64,000 nucleotides of DNA from Spirochaetota bacterium (GTDB lineage: Bacteria; Spirochaetota; UBA4802; UBA5550), in NCBI GenBank assembly GCA_050298055.1, contig JBNKTL010000001.1, positions 70,979 through 134,978 of the forward strand, read 5' to 3'. The notes under the pieces are model-generated. The model ran no database searches. It saw only the letters and a list, made by a program, of their open reading frames with translations, and was not told the origin of the DNA. A program made the position numbers and the translations under genes. This document shows positions 60,315 to 64,000 of the stretch, piece after piece (within the stretch, counting starts at the first letter, position 1; every line of letters starts with the position of its first letter).

Positions 60315-61409
60315 TTATTTCAGGTTGTGAAGTATTTTAAAAAAATGTTTTTTTGATACCTTCTTTAACCAATCTTCATTCAAGTATTTGATTTTTCCCG
60401 GATTATCAACGATATCCGCATTGCCGGAACTCTCAGAAATATATTTCACAAAATTCATGGCGGCAATTCTGTGTGGATTTATTGAATTGTAATTCAGGTA
60501 GCTGTACATTACGGAAATGCCAAGATAGGGATTTGAAAAGATTGTACTTGCCAGGGAGAGCTCTTCCCCTTTTACCTGGTCATAGTAGTTATACCTGTTG
60601 TTCAGGTACTTATGGGTCAGTTCATGGACAACAAACATCTCCCATATCTTCTGCTTTATTGTTGATTTGTTCCTGAATGCCTTTGAGAGACAGTATTTAA
60701 TGTCATCGGTGATCCGTGATCCTACAAAGAACAGAGAGTTTACATCGGCGTTTTCCAGGATCTTTTTTGCAATAAGATAATCATTGAGGACCTCTTCAGA
60801 GTTGATGTATATCATGTCAAAGTAAAAAGTTGAATTGCTTGTTGAAAATTCGTCATAGTATATATAGGGCTGGATGTTGTAGATCTTACCTTTAACCTTC
60901 AGGAGCGGATGCTTGATCTTGATGAGGTATTTTTTCCCATATATGCAGTAGTCAAGAACGACCCTCCTGTTACCCTGGTTCTTATCCCGGGAAAACTTCA
61001 GGATAATATTTCTGTTTAACAGTGATCTTTCAAGGGATGTAAGTTTATCATCATTATAACTTCCCGGTTCAAGATATACTTTGAGCAGGATCTCTGCAAG
61101 GGTTTTCAGGTTTTTTTTCCTGATTGTTTTCATGTAGTTCTTATATTCCTTAATATTGAAACCCTCATTACCAATGATCTTCATGGGAATGCTGTCTTTC
61201 TGTATCAGGTTAACAAAATGAGGGTTTTCGTTAAAGAGGAGAACCACATAGGCATAGAACATACCATTGGTGTTCTTAATACTCAGTTTTTCATAGGGGA
61301 TTACATCGGGAATATTACTATGAGGAAGGGAGGCATATAATCCCGAAACGTCCGCAACGAATGAAAGCATCAGAGCTGTTATGAAAGATTTTAAAAGATA
61401 TTTTTTCAT
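60315..61409 (-). CDS. Secreted hypothetical protein with HExxH zinc-metallopeptidase motif
   Basis: Signal peptide; VVHELTHK followed by GEELS. Confidence 0.65.
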   Translation of the reverse strand: MKKYLLKSFITALMLSFVADVSGLYASLPHSNIPDVIPYEKLSIKNTNGMFYAYVVLLFNENPHFVNLIQKDSIPMKIIGNEGFNIKEYKNYMKTIRKKNLKTLAEILLKVYLEPGSYNDDKLTSLERSLLNRNIILKFSRDKNQGNRRVVLDYCIYGKKYLIKIKHPLLKVKGKIYNIQPYIYYDEFSTSNSTFYFDMIYINSEEVLNDYLIAKKILENADVNSLFFVGSRITDDIKYCLSKAFRNKSTIKQKIWEMFVVHELTHKYLNNRYNYYDQVKGEELSLASTIFSNPYLGISVMYSYLNYNSINPHRIAAMNFVKYISESSGNADIVDNPGKIKYLNEDWLKKVSKKHFFKILHNLK

Positions 61410-61676
61410 GATTAAAATTATCAGGATATAATATACACACTGAGCGAAAGAAATCTATAAAACTTTTATTTTTTTTGAAAAAAGTAGAAAAGATATCCTG
61501 CTCGTACTTCAACTGCGTTATTTTTAACTAATCACGATTGGTTAACTGCTGGAATCTCTAACATTTAAGAGAATCTTATTGATGCAAAATCACGCGGTCT
61601 CAGCACGAGTATAGAGTGTAAACTATTTATTTTAGCAGGGATTTATCTGCGAGGTTTTGATGACAGGGGGATATCA

Positions 61677-62324
61677 TTACCTTCTATAACCTTTTAACGC
61701 GTAGAGCTGTCTGAATGCCGGCTTTCCTTCGCTGTCAAAGACCAGGACAGCCACCTCATTAAAAAAGAAGTAGTTATTCCTGTAACGGCTCAGGTGAGTT
61801 GAACGTATTATCATGTTATCTTTAAGGTGATAAGGTTTCCCTGTTTCAGGATTTGTTCCCGCTTTGGGGTTTTTGGGAAACTTGACAAGTTTTACCACGT
61901 CTCTGCCTTTTTTGTCTTTTTTGATATTGCCTTTTCGGTCAAAATCCGGGTATTCGAAGTTCTTTAAATCAAAGGGATAAGGAACAAAGGACCTGACCCT
62001 CTCCTTTTTGGGAATCGGTGTCTGAAAGCTTGTTCTTCCTCTCCATTTAACTTCATAAGTGGCTATGATAAAGATATAGAGATCCTGCGGTTCATCGACC
62101 AGGTTGTTAATCATGAATTCCACTTCAAGAACATCTCCCTTTCCCCCCCAGTCAATCCTCTTATTAAAGTAAACATTTTTAATTTTGAAGTTGTTACTGT
62201 ATTGTGACTGAACGGGAATGGCAGACTTGATAAACCCTGCATCCGACTTCTTTTCCTTTTTTGGCTGAGAATAGATTACAAGGGGTGTTGCTGTAATGAT
62301 AATTAATAATAGCTTTCTGACCAT
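61677..62324 (-). CDS. Secreted hypothetical protein
   Basis: 215-aa ORF with N-terminal hydrophobic signal and purine-rich RBS. Confidence 0.75.
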   Translation of the reverse strand: MVRKLLLIIITATPLVIYSQPKKEKKSDAGFIKSAIPVQSQYSNNFKIKNVYFNKRIDWGGKGDVLEVEFMINNLVDEPQDLYIFIIATYEVKWRGRTSFQTPIPKKERVRSFVPYPFDLKNFEYPDFDRKGNIKKDKKGRDVVKLVKFPKNPKAGTNPETGKPYHLKDNMIIRSTHLSRYRNNYFFFNEVAVLVFDSEGKPAFRQLYALKGYRR

Positions 62325-62471
62325 ATCTCTTCCCCGGGTTTATAATACTATATTTATCATCGGAAACACTATTCATTACCTGAATAATAAATTTACCCCG
62401 GACCTCATCAGGAGAATCCCTGATATTTTAAAATAATTTTATTCCTGAAAAACGGAATAAGAAATAAGAAA

Positions 62472-62981
62472 CTATTCTTTCACATGGCAGGAGAGGACTT
62501 CACCTATGTACATCCTGTGATAATCATTGTTTGGGTAGTTTTTATCAATATCCGGATCAAGGAAAAGCTCCGGTTTAATGTCCTGGGCATAGATCTTTCT
62601 GCACTCGACTATCAGCCGGGCCTCTTTAAAGGAGACCGAACCGGCAGAAGATTCAACAGGAGAGAGTCCTGCTTCGGAGACCTTGTCGGTGTCCCTTCCC
62701 GACCGGGAGCCGCATATTTTCAGGATGTTCCTTTGAGTTTCGGGAAAAAATGAGAGTGTGAAGAGACCGGTCTTTTCAATAAATTCATAGGTATAGCGTG
62801 TGGGCCTGATGTATATCGTGCAGACATTCTTGTGCCAGAGAACGCCGACTCCACCCCATGATGCTGTCATGGTGTTGAAAGAATTCATTTTTCCTGCTGT
62901 TATGAGCATCCAGTCTTTTCCGATAAGCCTGAATGGATTTTCGTTAAGGTCCTCAGGTTTTATCTCAGTATAACCTGTCAT
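62472..62981 (-). CDS. Flavin reductase family (flavoredoxin-like) protein
   Basis: WMLITAG..FNTMTASWG, RPTRYT, GSRSGRD, HRMYIGE. Confidence 0.92.
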   Translation of the reverse strand: MTGYTEIKPEDLNENPFRLIGKDWMLITAGKMNSFNTMTASWGGVGVLWHKNVCTIYIRPTRYTYEFIEKTGLFTLSFFPETQRNILKICGSRSGRDTDKVSEAGLSPVESSAGSVSFKEARLIVECRKIYAQDIKPELFLDPDIDKNYPNNDYHRMYIGEVLSCHVKE

Positions 62982-62993
62982 TTTTCCTCCTTT

Positions 62994-63740
62994 TTATCCC
63001 TGCTTTTCAAGGATCTCCTTTGTGAGGTTCATGTAATCGGTTGCCCCGTTGCTGTCAGGTTTATACTCAAATATGGTTTTACCCCAGCTCGGCGCCTCCT
63101 GGAGGGCCACATTGTCACGAATGAGAGTTTTAAAGAGTTTTCCCGGAAGCCTTTTCTTTGTTTCATCGATGACTTCCTGGTTGATGGTTTTCTTAGCGTT
63201 GTACATTGTTCCGATGATTCCTGAGATTTCAATATGCTTATTCAGCCGTTTCTTTACCATCTGTACGCCCTCAAAGAGGTTGTACATCCCGTGAAAGGGA
63301 AGAAACTGTACCTGCAGGGGAACAAAAATCTCATTGGAAAAGGTCAGCGCATTGAGTGTCAGCACGCCAAGAGAGGGAGGACAATCAACCAGAACATAGT
63401 CGAAGCTGTTCATTTTCTCCAGGGCGTCTTTCAGAAGAAACTCCTTTGCCGGAATGGGAAGAAACTCAAGTCCCTTGAGATCGGAGTTTGCGGGAATAAT
63501 TGATATACCGTTCCTGTTTATCAGGGCATCTTCATAGTGGACATCACCTTTAAGGACATCAAACACCGATTTCTTTATTTTGTTGGGGTTGTAGCCGAAG
63601 TGATAGGTTGACTGGGCCTGGTGGTCCATATCTACAACCAGGACCTTTTTCTCCATAAGGTGGAGCCCTGCCGCAAGATTTACCGTGGTGGTTGTTTTCC
63701 CAACACCACCTTTGTTGTTAGAAATTGCAATTTTTCTCAT
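62994..63740 (-). CDS. parA: ParA/Soj family ATPase
   Basis: NKGGVGKTTT, VDMDHQ, DCPPSLG, EAPSWG. Confidence 0.92.
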   Translation of the reverse strand: MRKIAISNNKGGVGKTTTTVNLAAGLHLMEKKVLVVDMDHQAQSTYHFGYNPNKIKKSVFDVLKGDVHYEDALINRNGISIIPANSDLKGLEFLPIPAKEFLLKDALEKMNSFDYVLVDCPPSLGVLTLNALTFSNEIFVPLQVQFLPFHGMYNLFEGVQMVKKRLNKHIEISGIIGTMYNAKKTINQEVIDETKKRLPGKLFKTLIRDNVALQEAPSWGKTIFEYKPDSNGATDYMNLTKEILEKQG

Positions 63741-63822
63741 AGAAGATATCCAGAATGGCTTATATTGAAATCACTGCTCTTTTATGTCAACGAGAAAAGC
63801 AGGAGCGGTTTTATCAATGTTT

Positions 63823-64000
63823 TTACTTACCTATGCAGAACCTGCTGAAAATGGAGTTGAGAACATCATCCGGTGTAATCTCACCTGTAATCTCTGACAT
63901 CGTGTCCAGGAGGGCCTGAAGTTCAAATGCCACAATCTCTATAGTCTCGTTTTTCTCAATAAGATCTACTACCCTGTACGCATCCTCAATCCCCTTTTCG
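63823..64000 (-). CDS. mnmE: tRNA modification GTPase MnmE/TrmE, 3' end (truncated by window edge)
   Basis: Manual translation ends ...[23 protein letters not shown], the MnmE signature. Confidence 0.93.
   Translation of the reverse strand, partial: EKGIEDAYRVVDLIEKNETIEIVAFELQALLDTMSEITGEITPDDVLNSIFSRFCIGK

Overview
Origin-of-replication region of a bacterial chromosome, most likely an uncultured Leptospira-related spirochaete (inferred from the LipL71/LruA-like LysM lipoprotein, the HATPase-like+HDOD protein and the dnaA-dnaN-recF-DUF721-gyrB-gyrA order). The window opens with a TetR regulator and an ~11 kb single-polypeptide PUFA-synthase/iterative-PKS-like megasynthase (2x FabK-like ER, KS, His-less KS, AT, third KS, 2x ACP, KR, DH). 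Both of its ACPs carry Thr instead of the phosphopantetheine-accepting Ser. An accessory patch follows (pcm fragment, MFS, PAS/GAF kinase, deleted-kinase remnant, TetR), then housekeeping genes (uvrB, nadC, nfo, ileS, XPB-like helicase, dnaA block with a bipartite oriC, purD, parA, 3' end of mnmE) and a Phd-VapC toxin-antitoxin pair. Non-coding structure includes a dispersed ~140 bp MITE-like family (TIR GTAACTACTCAG, central GC hairpin), a DUF559 nuclease gene bracketed by two REP-doublet (REPIN-like) units, and a candidate structured 5' leader shared by two unrelated genes. No rRNA, tRNA or CRISPR array was recognised.
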